Positions 26,723 through 36,461 are shown, numbered from the stretch's first letter. The stretch is 64,000 nt of DNA from Sandaracinaceae bacterium (GCA_019637095.1 JAHBWG010000047.1:6855-70854); one strand, 5' to 3'. Program-made: numbers and translations. The notes: generated by a model not told the origin, from the sequence alone.

Positions 26723-27645
26723 CGCTGCTCCTCCCTCGCCGCCCAGTAGGCGTCGACACGGCGCGCGACGGCGGCGCGTGCGCGCTCGGCGAGCGCGGGG
26801 ATCTCGTCGTCGGTGGCGCCCGCGGTCTCGATCGGCTCCTCGACCCACACGGTGAGCTCGTTGCCGGCGCGGATGATCGGGCTGCCCGGACGCATCAGGT
26901 CGAACGCGCCGGTCACCGCGACCGGCACGACCGGGACGCCGAGGTCGCGCGCGATGAAGAAGATACCGGTGCGGAAGGGCCGCACGCGGCCGGTCCGGGT
27001 GCGCGAGCCCTCGGGGAACGAGAGGATCGAGCGGCCCTCGGCGATCTCGCGGCCGATGCGCTCGGTGAGCTCGCTCGTCTGGCCGCGCTGGCCCTTCTTG
27101 ACCGGCACGGTGCCGCGCGCCTTCATGAACCAGCCGTAGAACGGGTAGCGGAAGTGGCTCTCGAGCTCGAGCCCCTGCTTGAAGTGCGGCGTGGCGTTGT
27201 AGCAGAGGACGTGGTCGAAGTGGTTGGTGTGGTTCTGCGCGAAGACGTACTGCCGCGCGGGATCGACCTTGGGGTGCACCTCCGCGCGCCAGCGCGAGCC
27301 AGTCAATGCGATTTGCACCTTGCAGTAGAGGCGGCCCGCCCAGTCGATCCTGTGCGAGGGGACGAGCTGGTAGACGACGGTGAGGCCGCCCAGCGCCGGG
27401 ATGAGCCAGCCCAGGCCGGCCGCCCACAGCGCGGCCGAGGTGACCTTGTCGAGCGCGCTCGCGGGCTCGAAGGAGCGCGCGGGGACGGGGGCCTCGTCTG
27501 CGTCGGTCGCGATCGCCTCGGGCGCGATCGCGTCGGGCGCGGCAGCGGCGCGGGGCGGTTCGGGCGCGACGGCCGGATCGGCCGCGGCGGGTGCGTCTGG
27601 CGCGCGGCGCGGCTCGGGCTCGTGCGCGAGGATCTCGGCTCTCAT
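26719..27645 (-). CDS. lysophospholipid / 1-acyl-sn-glycerol-3-phosphate acyltransferase (PlsC family)
   Basis: ATG at 27645. HX4D motif (NHTNHFD) and FPEGSRTRTG motif. N-terminal Ala/Pro-rich region plus a TM helix. Confidence 0.88.
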   Translation of the reverse strand: MRAEILAHEPEPRRAPDAPAAADPAVAPEPPRAAAAPDAIAPEAIATDADEAPVPARSFEPASALDKVTSAALWAAGLGWLIPALGGLTVVYQLVPSHRIDWAGRLYCKVQIALTGSRWRAEVHPKVDPARQYVFAQNHTNHFDHVLCYNATPHFKQGLELESHFRYPFYGWFMKARGTVPVKKGQRGQTSELTERIGREIAEGRSILSFPEGSRTRTGRVRPFRTGIFFIARDLGVPVVPVAVTGAFDLMRPGSPIIRAGNELTVWVEEPIETAGATDDEIPALAERARAAVARRVDAYWAAREEQR

Positions 27646-28550
27646 GCGACCACCTCCAGCGCGCCGGGGAGCACCTCGAGCCGCGTGAGCGCGAGCGCGA
27701 GCACCTCTCCGTCCACCATCACGTCCACCGGGCCGGTCAGGTCGAGCTCGACCGTGCGGGCGCGGGTCTCTTCCACCTTCGGGTGCTCGACGTGCTTGCC
27801 CGCGAAGATGCTCGGGAAGCTCCGCACGAACGGCAGGCGCGGCATCGCGCTGATGCGGATCACGTCGAGCGCGCCGTCCGTCGGGTCGGCGTGCGGCGCC
27901 ATCATCATCGTGCCGCCGGTGAAGCGGCTGTTCGAGAACGAGAGCAGCACGCAGGCGCGCGCGTCGGTCGCGCCGCCATCGACGCGGATGGGGAACGAGG
28001 GCTGCGCGAGGCGCGCCGCGGTGATGAACACCGAGACGACGTAGCCCGCCGCGCCGAGCCGCTTGAACCGCCGGTTCGTGAGCGCGCCGACGTCCGCGGA
28101 GAAGCCGAGGCTCAGGATGTTGATGTAGTGGATCGCGCCGCCCGCGTGCTCGGCGCGCACGACGTCGCACAGGTGCGTCTCGCCCGCGAGGATGGCGCGC
28201 AGCGCGGCGTCCGCGTCGGTGATCGCGAAGTCGCGCAGGAACGAGTTGCCCGTGCCGAGCGGGAGCATCGCGAGCGTCGGCGTCGGCGCGCCGGCGTCGC
28301 GCGGGAAGAGGCCGTTGACGATCTCGTAGCTCGTCCCGTCGCCGCCGACGGCGAGGAAGCGGCGGCGGCCCTGCGCGGCCTCCTGTCGCACGCGCTCGGT
28401 GCCCTCGCCGGCGCGCGTCGTGGTGAAGACGTCGATCGGCATGCCGCCGCCGGTCAAGCGCGCGAGCGCGCTCGCCGCGCGCTTGCCGCACCGGCCCCCG
28501 CCCGCGGCGGGGTTCACGACGGCGAGCCAGCGATCGGCGGCGTCCGTCAC
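27642..28550 (-). CDS. diacylglycerol-kinase-family lipid kinase (YegS/BmrU-like)
   Basis: GTG at 28550 (GTGA overlap with the ligase stop). FLAVGGDGTSYEIVNG and LPLGTGNSF motifs. Confidence 0.85.
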   Translation of the reverse strand: MTDAADRWLAVVNPAAGGGRCGKRAASALARLTGGGMPIDVFTTTRAGEGTERVRQEAAQGRRRFLAVGGDGTSYEIVNGLFPRDAGAPTPTLAMLPLGTGNSFLRDFAITDADAALRAILAGETHLCDVVRAEHAGGAIHYINILSLGFSADVGALTNRRFKRLGAAGYVVSVFITAARLAQPSFPIRVDGGATDARACVLLSFSNSRFTGGTMMMAPHADPTDGALDVIRISAMPRLPFVRSFPSIFAGKHVEHPKVEETRARTVELDLTGPVDVMVDGEVLALALTRLEVLPGALEVVA

Positions 28551-30250
28551 AGCGCCACCAGCTCCCGCTCGCCCGCGTCGCGCAGCGCCTCCGCGAGGGC
28601 GTCGCGCTTGATCTTCATCGACGCGGTGCGCGGGAACGACTCGCTCCAGAAGAGCACCGCGCCCACGCGCTTGTGATCGGGCAGGCGCCGGTTGTGCGCG
28701 CGCAGCTGCGCGAGCACCGCGTCGCGCGAAGGCCGCGCGCCGTTCTCGCGCTTGGGCCGCACGATCGCCACGAGCCGCTCGTGCGTCAGGCCGCGCGGCC
28801 ACAGGTAGCCGGACGCGAACACCACGAGCTCCTCGACGTCGAGCGCGTCGAACGCGCCCTCGACGTCCTCGGGGTAGACGTTCTTGCCGCCGGACGTGAC
28901 GATCATGTTCTTGCGGCGGCCGACGAGGTGCAGGTGGTGCGCCGCGTCGATCCAGCCGAGGTCGCCCGTGCGCAGCCAGCCGTCGGCGGTGATCGTCTCC
29001 TTCGTGAGCTCGGGCTCGTCGAGGTAGCCCTTCATCAGCGTGCGGCCGCGGATCCACACCTCGCCCACGCCGTCGGCGCCGGGCGCGTGGATCTTCACCT
29101 CGACGCCGTCGAGCGGGCGGCCGACCGAGTCGCCGCGGAACGGGCGCAGATCGTTCACCGTCGCGACGGTGCACGCCTCGGTGAGGCCGTAGCCGATCAC
29201 GACGGGCAGGCCCATCCGGTAGAAGAGCTCGGCGCGCGCGCGGTCGACGAACGCGCCGCCGCAGAAGAGCACCTCGAGCTCGCCGCCGAACGCCTCGTGG
29301 ATCGGCGCGAGCAGCGCGCGGCTCACCTCGGGGCGCGGCGCCGCCGCCGTGAGCAGCTCGTTGAGCCCGCCGAGCACGGAGAACATCCGGCGCGCCCAGC
29401 GCGGGCGCTCGGCCAGCGAGTCGCGGATCGCGGCCTCGAAGCCCTCGAGGATCAACGGGACGAGCGCCATGTGCGTGACGCCGTACGCCTGCATCGTCGG
29501 CTGCAACAGCTCGGGGCGCAGGGTGCGCTGGTGGATCACGCAGGCGCCCGCGCTGAACGGGCCGACGAAGCCGACCATGAAGTCGATCGCGTGGTTGGTG
29601 GGCAGGATCGAGAGCACGCGGTGTCCCGAGCGCATCGGGAAGCGCGCCATGAGGCCGCGGAGCTGCTCGAGGTAGGCGTCGTGCGTGAGCATGCAGCCCT
29701 TGGCGACGCCGCCGGTGCCCGAGGAGTAGACGATGGTCGCGACGTCCTCTCGCGCGCGCGGCTCGAGCGCGGGCGCCTCCGCGCCTTCGGGGGGTAGCGC
29801 GTCCCAGTCCTCTTCCACGTCGAAGACGAGCGGGACGCTCGGGCGCGCCTCGAGCCGCTCGAAGCGACGCAAGAGGCCTTGCTCGCTCACGAGCGCCTTG
29901 GGCTGCGCGTGCGCGAGCAGGCGCGCCTGCTCTTCGGCGCTCAGCTTGTAGTCGAGCGGCACGAGCACCGCGCCGCGCCGGAACGCCGCGGCGGCGACGG
30001 TGAGCCAGCGGCTCTGGTTGCCGAGCAGCATCGCGACGCGGTCGCCCGGCCCGACGCCGTGGTCGGCGAGCAAGCGCGCGACGCGCAGGACCTCGCGCCG
30101 CGCCTCGAGGTAGGTGAGCCGCCGCGTCTCCTTCTTGCGGTCCACCTCGATCAGCGCGGTCTCGGTCTTGAAGGTGAGGAGCGCGTCCTCGAGCAGCTCG
30201 CCGAGCGAGGCGTAGCGCGTGGGGTCGAGCATCTCGGCAGCGACGGTCAT
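28547..30250 (-). CDS. AMP-dependent acyl ligase (long-chain fatty acid-CoA/AMP ligase family)
   Basis: AMP-binding motif IVYSSGTGGVAKG. Also GYGLTE, RTGDLG and a C-terminal SMKIKR, typical of ANL adenylating enzymes. Confidence 0.9.
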   Translation of the reverse strand: MTVAAEMLDPTRYASLGELLEDALLTFKTETALIEVDRKKETRRLTYLEARREVLRVARLLADHGVGPGDRVAMLLGNQSRWLTVAAAAFRRGAVLVPLDYKLSAEEQARLLAHAQPKALVSEQGLLRRFERLEARPSVPLVFDVEEDWDALPPEGAEAPALEPRAREDVATIVYSSGTGGVAKGCMLTHDAYLEQLRGLMARFPMRSGHRVLSILPTNHAIDFMVGFVGPFSAGACVIHQRTLRPELLQPTMQAYGVTHMALVPLILEGFEAAIRDSLAERPRWARRMFSVLGGLNELLTAAAPRPEVSRALLAPIHEAFGGELEVLFCGGAFVDRARAELFYRMGLPVVIGYGLTEACTVATVNDLRPFRGDSVGRPLDGVEVKIHAPGADGVGEVWIRGRTLMKGYLDEPELTKETITADGWLRTGDLGWIDAAHHLHLVGRRKNMIVTSGGKNVYPEDVEGAFDALDVEELVVFASGYLWPRGLTHERLVAIVRPKRENGARPSRDAVLAQLRAHNRRLPDHKRVGAVLFWSESFPRTASMKIKRDALAEALRDAGERELVAL

Positions 30251-30273
30251 GGGCTCTCGTTCCTGGGCGCGCC

Positions 30274-30519
30274 TCAGAGGCGGCTCGCGACGACCTCGGC
30301 GAGCTCTGCGAACGTCCGCACGTCCTGGACCTCGTAGTCCGGGATCTCGACCTCGAACGTCTCCTCGAGCGCGGTCAGCAGGCTCAGCGCCTGCATCGAG
30401 TCGATCTCGAGCGCGTCGAAGAGATCGTCCTCGGGCGCGAGGGCCTCGCGCGCCTTGCCGAAGCGCTCGGCGGCGAGCGCGAGCAGGCGGTCGAGCACGG
30501 CGTCGGCGCGCGCGCTCAC
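30274..30519 (-). CDS. acyl carrier protein
   Basis: 81 codons from GTG 30519 (GTGA overlap with the crotonase stop). Phosphopantetheine-site context LFDALEIDSMQALSLLTALEE. Confidence 0.8.
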   Translation of the reverse strand: MSARADAVLDRLLALAAERFGKAREALAPEDDLFDALEIDSMQALSLLTALEETFEVEIPDYEVQDVRTFAELAEVVASRL

Positions 30520-31460
30520 GAGACCCCTCGCGGCGCGGGGCGCGCGTCCTTCGGCGGCAGGTACGGCATGGCGTCTTCGGCCTCCACGAACCGGGTCAGC
30601 GCCTCGACCACCGCGGGGCGGCCGAGCAGCTCCACGAAGCGATCCTTCTCCTCGCGCAGGCGCGCGCGCGGGATCGGCTTCGCGAACGCCTTGGCGACCG
30701 CGAGCGTGTGCGGGTCCAAGCGCGTGGTCTGCTCGGCGAGGCGGCGCGCCACGTCTGGGGCGCGGCCCTCGGCGACGAGCTGCGCGACGAGGCCGAGCTC
30801 GTGCGCGCGCTTCGCGCTCAGGCTCCGCCCGCTGAACAAGAGATCGCGCGCGACGGAGTTGCCGAGGTCGCGCTCGAGCCGCGGGATCCCGCCGAAGCCC
30901 GGGATGAGCCCGAGGCGCAGCTCGGGGAACGCGAAGCGCGCCGTCTTGTCGGCGACGATCACGTCGCACGCGAGCGCGAGCTCGAAGCCGCCGCCGAAGC
31001 AGACCCCGTGCACCGCCGCGATCGTCGGCACGGGCGCCGCGTCGATCGCGTCGAACGCCGCGTGGACCCGATCGAGGAACGCGCGCACGCCCCACGCCTT
31101 CGCGGCGCGGAGCGGGTGCGGGTCGCGCCGTCGCAGCGCGGCGCGCAGCGTCGAGGCGCCGGCGCGCGCGGCGGTGCGCGGGGTGTCGAAGAGCGCGCGC
31201 GCGTGCGCGCCGAGGGCCTCGGGCGCGCCGTCCACGCTCGTCAGCCCGGCGTGGAGCTCGCGCAGGTCCGCGCCCGCGGAGAAGCCGCCCGGCTTGGCGG
31301 ACGCGATGACCAACGCGCGCACGTCGGGGCGCGACAAGAGCGGCACCACGCCCTCGAGCGCGCACAGCATCGGCAGGCCGATCTCGTTGAGGCGGCCGCC
31401 GTCCAGGGTGACGGTCAGGATGCCGCCCTCGATCGCGTGGGTCAGGTGCATCGGTCGCAT
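30516..31460 (-). CDS. enoyl-CoA hydratase/isomerase (crotonase) family protein
   Basis: Crotonase fold signature VIASAKPGGFSAGADLRELH. Second oxyanion region AAVHGVCFGGGFELALACD. Confidence 0.88.
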   Translation of the reverse strand: MRPMHLTHAIEGGILTVTLDGGRLNEIGLPMLCALEGVVPLLSRPDVRALVIASAKPGGFSAGADLRELHAGLTSVDGAPEALGAHARALFDTPRTAARAGASTLRAALRRRDPHPLRAAKAWGVRAFLDRVHAAFDAIDAAPVPTIAAVHGVCFGGGFELALACDVIVADKTARFAFPELRLGLIPGFGGIPRLERDLGNSVARDLLFSGRSLSAKRAHELGLVAQLVAEGRAPDVARRLAEQTTRLDPHTLAVAKAFAKPIPRARLREEKDRFVELLGRPAVVEALTRFVEAEDAMPYLPPKDARPAPRGVS

Positions 31461-31464
31461 CGCG

Positions 31465-32949
31465 TCAGCGGTAGCTCGCGACGAGCGGCGCGGTCGTCGG
31501 GCCGAGCGGCGGCAGGTAGGCGAACGGATCGTCGGGGCGCGCGGGGAACGGGAAGTCCGGGTGGAACCCGCGCACGTGGCGCTCGAGGATCTGCCCCATC
31601 CTGCCCATGCGCTCGAGGTTCGAGACGACCGAGCGGCCGATCCCGTCCTTCACCGCGTCGGCCTCGTCCGTCGCGCGCAGCATCGCCTCGAGGAGGTGCT
31701 CGTCGAGGTGCTCGTCGTCGACCGTCAGCGCGAGCTCCGGCTGGCCGCGGTCGTCCATGAGGTTCTTGATGCGCTCGTCCATCGTCACGCCGACGGAGGG
31801 CACGAGCCCGGGCATCGAGCAGACGAGCGCGTGGTAGCGCGAGCTGACGACGAGCGCAGCGCGCCGCAGGAGCGCGACCATCTCGTACATCTCGACCTCG
31901 TCCGAGACGAAGCGCGGGAGGCCGCCGCCGAGCTCCTCGTCGAGGCGCTCGACCGCGCCGCGATCGAGCTGCTCCATCCCGACGAGGATCGGGAACCAGC
32001 CCGGCCGCGCGCGCAGGAAGTCCTTCAGCGCGCCGGCCATCGAGCGCAGGTACCGATCGAGCGCGCGGTCCACGTCCGGCCCGTGCTTGTGGAAGTAGAC
32101 GCTCTTGTAGTGCGCGTCGGCCCAGCCGCCGGTGACCGAATGGACGGCGGCCTTGAGCGGCTCGGGCTTCACCGGCCACCAGAACGGGTGGATCGGGCAG
32201 AACGCCACGATGGGCTGCGCGCCGTCCCAGCCCGCGCGCTCGAGCAGGCGCTCGGCGCGCTCGCGCGGCGCGGGCTCGAACGTCCACGCGGTGTCGGTGC
32301 CCGGCGCGGTCGGCACGCCGAGCCGATCGAGGATCGCGCGGCTCTCCTCGTTGCGCGCGATGACGAGCGCCTTGTCACAGTGCTTCTCGACGAGGCGGCG
32401 GAGCGACTCGTCCATCGAGCCCGCCTCGCCGCCGTACCCGACCGCGATCTTGTCCTCGGCGGCGGCGAGCCCGAGCGCGCCGACCATCATGGTCGAGAGC
32501 GCGTTGGCGAACTTGCTCTTGAACATCGATCCTTCGCACGCGATGACGCCGTGGTGCGTGCGGACCGTGTCGTAGAGGAACTTGTGGAAGATCTGCGGGA
32601 TGTGGAGCTGGCGCGCGGTGCGGAAGTAGCCGCGGGTGAGCGCCGGGTCGATCGTGCAGACGCTCAGCGCGAGGTGCTCGTCCCCGAAGACGTGGCGGAA
32701 CTGGCGGATCATCTCCTCGACGCGCACGTCCGCGCCGGTGTTGCGCGTGCCGACGTAGCCCGCGAGCAGGAGCTCGAGCGGCTGGCCGGGTCGCCACGGC
32801 GGCGCCGGATCGGTCTCGTGGCGCGTGCGCGCCGCCTCGATCAGCCCGCTCATCGAGAGCTGCACCATGCGGTCGGGGTCGACCGCGTCCTTGGCGAGGT
32901 CGAGCGCGCCCTTCGCGGCTCGCCCGATCAGACGCATCGTCAGGCTCAT
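31465..32949 (-). CDS. polysaccharide pyruvyl transferase family protein
   Basis: ATG at 32949 (ATGA overlap). GYVGTRNTGADVR near the N-terminus and the VVSSRYHALVCSMPGLVP motif, typical of PS_pyruv_trans proteins. Confidence 0.8.
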   Translation of the reverse strand: MSLTMRLIGRAAKGALDLAKDAVDPDRMVQLSMSGLIEAARTRHETDPAPPWRPGQPLELLLAGYVGTRNTGADVRVEEMIRQFRHVFGDEHLALSVCTIDPALTRGYFRTARQLHIPQIFHKFLYDTVRTHHGVIACEGSMFKSKFANALSTMMVGALGLAAAEDKIAVGYGGEAGSMDESLRRLVEKHCDKALVIARNEESRAILDRLGVPTAPGTDTAWTFEPAPRERAERLLERAGWDGAQPIVAFCPIHPFWWPVKPEPLKAAVHSVTGGWADAHYKSVYFHKHGPDVDRALDRYLRSMAGALKDFLRARPGWFPILVGMEQLDRGAVERLDEELGGGLPRFVSDEVEMYEMVALLRRAALVVSSRYHALVCSMPGLVPSVGVTMDERIKNLMDDRGQPELALTVDDEHLDEHLLEAMLRATDEADAVKDGIGRSVVSNLERMGRMGQILERHVRGFHPDFPFPARPDDPFAYLPPLGPTTAPLVASYR

Positions 32950-34103
32950 TCGGCGGCCCTCGGGGAGGTGGCGCGCGCGGCGGCCCGCGGCGCCGGCGTC
33001 GGCGTGTACGGGTACTCGAAGCGCGCGGACTTGGCCCAGCGGTAGAGCGCGAGGCCGTACTCGGTGAACGGCGTCGGCCCGCGGCCGAGCTCGGTCGTGA
33101 CGCGCGTGTTGTCGAACACCACGTCGTTCGAGAAGTAGGGCAAGAAGACCTTCATCAGCGAGGCGGCCAGCGAGACCATCCCGCGCGGCGCCCCGGCGAG
33201 CTGCCCCGAGAGCGCGAGGGCCGGCGAGTTGAGCCCTGGCACGAAGAACGGCGTGCGGATCCCCGCGGCCTGGAACACCTGCTCGTGCTCGCGCGCCGTC
33301 TTGCTGCCCTCGCCCGCGCTCAGGTGGTAGCAGTCCCAGCGCAGCGTCGGCTTGGTGAACAGCTCGGCGATCGCGGAGCCGACGAAGTCGGCGGGCACGA
33401 AGTCGAGGCGGGTGTCGGGGTGGATCGGCACCGCCGGCGCGTCGACCATCCACGTGTAGAAGCGGACCATGTCGAACTGCGTCGTCTCGGGCCGCCGGCT
33501 GTCGCCCATCACCGTCGGCGGCCGCAGGATCACGATCGGCAGGTCGCCGACGAGCTCGCGGATCATGTGCTCGGCGAACTTCTTGGTGCGCGCGTAGGGG
33601 TCGTAGTCCGACAGGTCCCAGTCGATCGACTCGGCCTCGGTGACCGTCTGGTGCTCGCGCGTGCCGCTGACCGCCGTCGTCGAGACGTAGCCGAAGCGGC
33701 GCAGGCCGCCGCGCGCCTCGGCGAGCTCGCGCACGAGCTTGATCACGGAGAGCGTGCCGCGCAGGTTCGCGTTGAAGCAGGCCTTGTCGCTCTTGCGGTT
33801 GAGGCTCGCCGCGACGTGCAGGACCGAGTCGCACTCGCGCGCGAGCTCGCCGCGCACGCGCTCCGAGAGGCCGAGCCCCGGCGCGCCGAGGTCGCCCTCG
33901 ACGAGCACGAGCTTGGGGAGCTCGGCGTAGAAGCGCTCCGCGTCCCAGTGGAGCTGCATCGCGCGCCAGAGCTTGTCGACGCCGCCGCGCTCGCCGCCGC
34001 GGCTCATCAGGTAGATCTTGTCGAACGCGCCGCGCTCGCAGAGATCGGCGACGACGTACGAGCCGAGGTAGCCGGTCCCGCCGGTGAGGAACGCCGCGCT
34101 CAC
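32946..34103 (-). CDS. NAD-dependent acyl/thioester reductase-like SDR (NAD_binding_4 type)
   Basis: GTG at 34103 (GTGA overlap). Rossmann FLTGGTGYLGSYV, catalytic YARTK, and VSTTAV as in thioester-reductase domains. Confidence 0.85.
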   Translation of the reverse strand: MSAAFLTGGTGYLGSYVVADLCERGAFDKIYLMSRGGERGGVDKLWRAMQLHWDAERFYAELPKLVLVEGDLGAPGLGLSERVRGELARECDSVLHVAASLNRKSDKACFNANLRGTLSVIKLVRELAEARGGLRRFGYVSTTAVSGTREHQTVTEAESIDWDLSDYDPYARTKKFAEHMIRELVGDLPIVILRPPTVMGDSRRPETTQFDMVRFYTWMVDAPAVPIHPDTRLDFVPADFVGSAIAELFTKPTLRWDCYHLSAGEGSKTAREHEQVFQAAGIRTPFFVPGLNSPALALSGQLAGAPRGMVSLAASLMKVFLPYFSNDVVFDNTRVTTELGRGPTPFTEYGLALYRWAKSARFEYPYTPTPAPRAAARATSPRAAE

Positions 34104-35761
34104 TCCGCGCCTCCGAGGTCCGAGGGCGCGTGCTCCGCGCTGCCATGCGCCGCCGCGCGCGGCAGGAGCGCCGCGGCCACGCTCGGCGGATCGCCGCCGA
34201 GATCGACCGGCTCGTCCTCGGGCGCGTCCTTGCCGCGCAGGAGCGGCAGGGACCACTTGTCGAGGCCGGGGATCTCCACGTCCATCCAGTACGTGCGCCA
34301 GCAGAGCGTCTCGAGGTCCCAGCCGAGCGCGGCGCGCTCGCTCGCGTCGAGCGCGGCGGTGCGGTCGCGGACGGCGCGCGTCGAGAAGCGGTAGTCGTGG
34401 TCGTGGATGAAGGGCTGGTAGCTCTTCCAGAGCGCCTCGATCGACTCGAGGAGCCGCGACGTCTTGTTGAGCTTCAGGCTCGTCTCCTGCGCGCGCGCGT
34501 GCCAGCGCTCGCGGTCGCGCGCCGGCACGCTCTCGGGCAGGTGCTTGTTGCCATCGAACCGGCGCAGCGTGTCGCGCAGCCAGCGCGTCGCCTTCGCCGC
34601 GGCGGGCAGGAGCACGCTCTGGTCCGCGCCCTGCTCGAGCGCGGTCGAGTCGAGGTGCGTGAGCAGCGCGCGCTCGAGCGCGTTGACCCCGCTCGGCGTG
34701 TAGCCGCGCCGGACCTTGAGCGCGGTCAGATCGAGCGCGCGATCGAAGGTGAAGCGGTTGTCGTCGCCCGAGGCGAGCTGCCAGATCGGCGCCGCGCGAT
34801 CCGCGAGCGCGTCGCCGACGGCCAGCGTCATCCCGCGCGCGACGGTGTCCACCGGCACGACGTCGAACGTGTTGTCCGCGCGCATCGGGACCTTCCACGC
34901 GTAGCCGCGGCACATCCAGACGATCGGGCCGCTCGTGTTGAGCCCCTCGTTCCAGCCGGGGAACGGGAAGCTGCGCGCGCACTCGACGATCGAGGGCCGG
35001 ATCAGCGTGAGGCGCACGTCCTCGCGCCGCGCGAGCGCGTGCTCGGCGAGGCCCTTGCTGAAGGTGTAGAGGTTCGGCCAGCCCAGCGCCTGCGCGCGCT
35101 TGGTGCCGAGCTCGACGCGCCCGCGCCGCGCCGCCGAGCGCTTGCCGCCGCCCTCGCGCTCGTCGATCGCCGCGCACGCGGAGCGCACGGCGAGCATCTC
35201 CGCGTCGACGTCGAAGCGCGTCCCGTTCGGCGAGACGCCCTCGGTGAGCGTCTCGGCGACCGCGCCGTCCGTCTCGCCCGCGACGAAGCAGGTGCTCACG
35301 TGGATCAGCCGCTTGTCGGGCGTGCGCGCCGCGACGTCGGCGGCGTGCAGCGCGCCGAGCACGTTCACGTCGAGCGCCTGGATCGGGTCGGGAGAGAAGT
35401 CCGTGATCCCGGCGCAGTGGACCACCGCGTCGATCTGCGGCGCGAGCTGCGCGAGCACGGCCGGCTCGACGCCGAAGAGCGGGTCGCGCGCGTCGCCCTC
35501 GAGCACCTCGATCTTGTCGCGCACGAGCTCGAGCAGGCGCGCGCCGTGGCGCTCGCGCAGGGGCCGCAGCGCCGGCGAGCGCTCGAAGATGGCGCGCACG
35601 CGCGCCGCCGCCGTCTCGCCGCGCCGCGGCCGCACGAGCAGCGTGATCTTGCCGACGTCGGGCACGCGCTCGAGCAGGAACGCGACCCAGACCTTGCCGA
35701 GGAACCCGGTGAAGCCGGTCACAAGCAGGTGCCGGCCTTCGTACGCTTCGCGGATCGTCAT
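34100..35761 (-). CDS. fatty acyl-CoA/ACP reductase (NAD_binding_4 plus C-terminal FAR-type domain)
   Basis: ATG at 35761 (ATGA overlap). LVTGFTGFLGKVW, HVSTCFVAG, YTFSK. Long C-terminal helical domain. Confidence 0.85.
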   Translation of the reverse strand: MTIREAYEGRHLLVTGFTGFLGKVWVAFLLERVPDVGKITLLVRPRRGETAAARVRAIFERSPALRPLRERHGARLLELVRDKIEVLEGDARDPLFGVEPAVLAQLAPQIDAVVHCAGITDFSPDPIQALDVNVLGALHAADVAARTPDKRLIHVSTCFVAGETDGAVAETLTEGVSPNGTRFDVDAEMLAVRSACAAIDEREGGGKRSAARRGRVELGTKRAQALGWPNLYTFSKGLAEHALARREDVRLTLIRPSIVECARSFPFPGWNEGLNTSGPIVWMCRGYAWKVPMRADNTFDVVPVDTVARGMTLAVGDALADRAAPIWQLASGDDNRFTFDRALDLTALKVRRGYTPSGVNALERALLTHLDSTALEQGADQSVLLPAAAKATRWLRDTLRRFDGNKHLPESVPARDRERWHARAQETSLKLNKTSRLLESIEALWKSYQPFIHDHDYRFSTRAVRDRTAALDASERAALGWDLETLCWRTYWMDVEIPGLDKWSLPLLRGKDAPEDEPVDLGGDPPSVAAALLPRAAAHGSAEHAPSDLGGAE

Positions 35762-36423
35762 CCCACCACCGGCCAGTCGAGCTCGCGCGCCATGCGCCGG
35801 AGCGCCGGCTCCGGCGTGACCGCGCAGGGCAGGGCCACCGCGCCCAGCAGCGGGGAGTCGCTCTGGTGCGAGCCGTAGGCGCACGCCGTGCGCAGCTCGA
35901 GGTCGTGCTCGCTCAGGCGCGCGGCGAGCACCGGGCCGCCGAGGCTAGGCCCGAGGACCGGCGCCCGGAGCTTGCCCGTCGCGCGGCCCGCCGCGTCGAG
36001 CTCCATGACGTTGGCGATCACCACGTCGATCCCGAGGTGCCGCGCCACGGGCCGCGCGATCACGTCGAGGTTGTCGGAGAGCAGGACCAGGCGGTGCCCG
36101 GCGGCGCGGCAGCGCTCCACGAGCTCGACGCCCACCTCCGAGAGCGCGCCCACGAGGTGCTCCTCGGCGTACAGCTCCCCGAGCACGAGGAGCCGGTCCT
36201 CGCTCATCCCCTCGAGCGCCGACCACGCGAGCTCGCCCGCGCGCGCGGCCGCGCCGCCCGCCGCGAGCGGACCCGCGAGCGCGAAGCTCGAGAGCCCCAG
36301 CAGCCGCGCGCGGACGCGCCGCGCGTTGAGCGCGAGCCACGCCGCCGCCGTGAGGGTGGGGCGGGGGCTCAGCGTGCCCTCGAGCCGGAAGAGCGCCGCG
36401 CGATGATCCGTCGTGTGATCCAA
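35758..36423 (-). CDS. HAD-IB-like protein with degenerate catalytic motif (first gene of lipid operon)
   Basis: HAD-IB layout (LVLLSDNLDVIARPVARHLGID..., AYGSHQSDSPLL). Motif I reads FRLEGTL instead of FDxDGTL, so the Asp nucleophile is absent. Confidence 0.78.
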   Translation of the reverse strand: MDHTTDHRAALFRLEGTLSPRPTLTAAAWLALNARRVRARLLGLSSFALAGPLAAGGAAARAGELAWSALEGMSEDRLLVLGELYAEEHLVGALSEVGVELVERCRAAGHRLVLLSDNLDVIARPVARHLGIDVVIANVMELDAAGRATGKLRAPVLGPSLGGPVLAARLSEHDLELRTACAYGSHQSDSPLLGAVALPCAVTPEPALRRMARELDWPVVG

Positions 36424-36461
36424 CGATCCTCCCCGGAAGTGCGCCGGGATAGCATCGTTAG

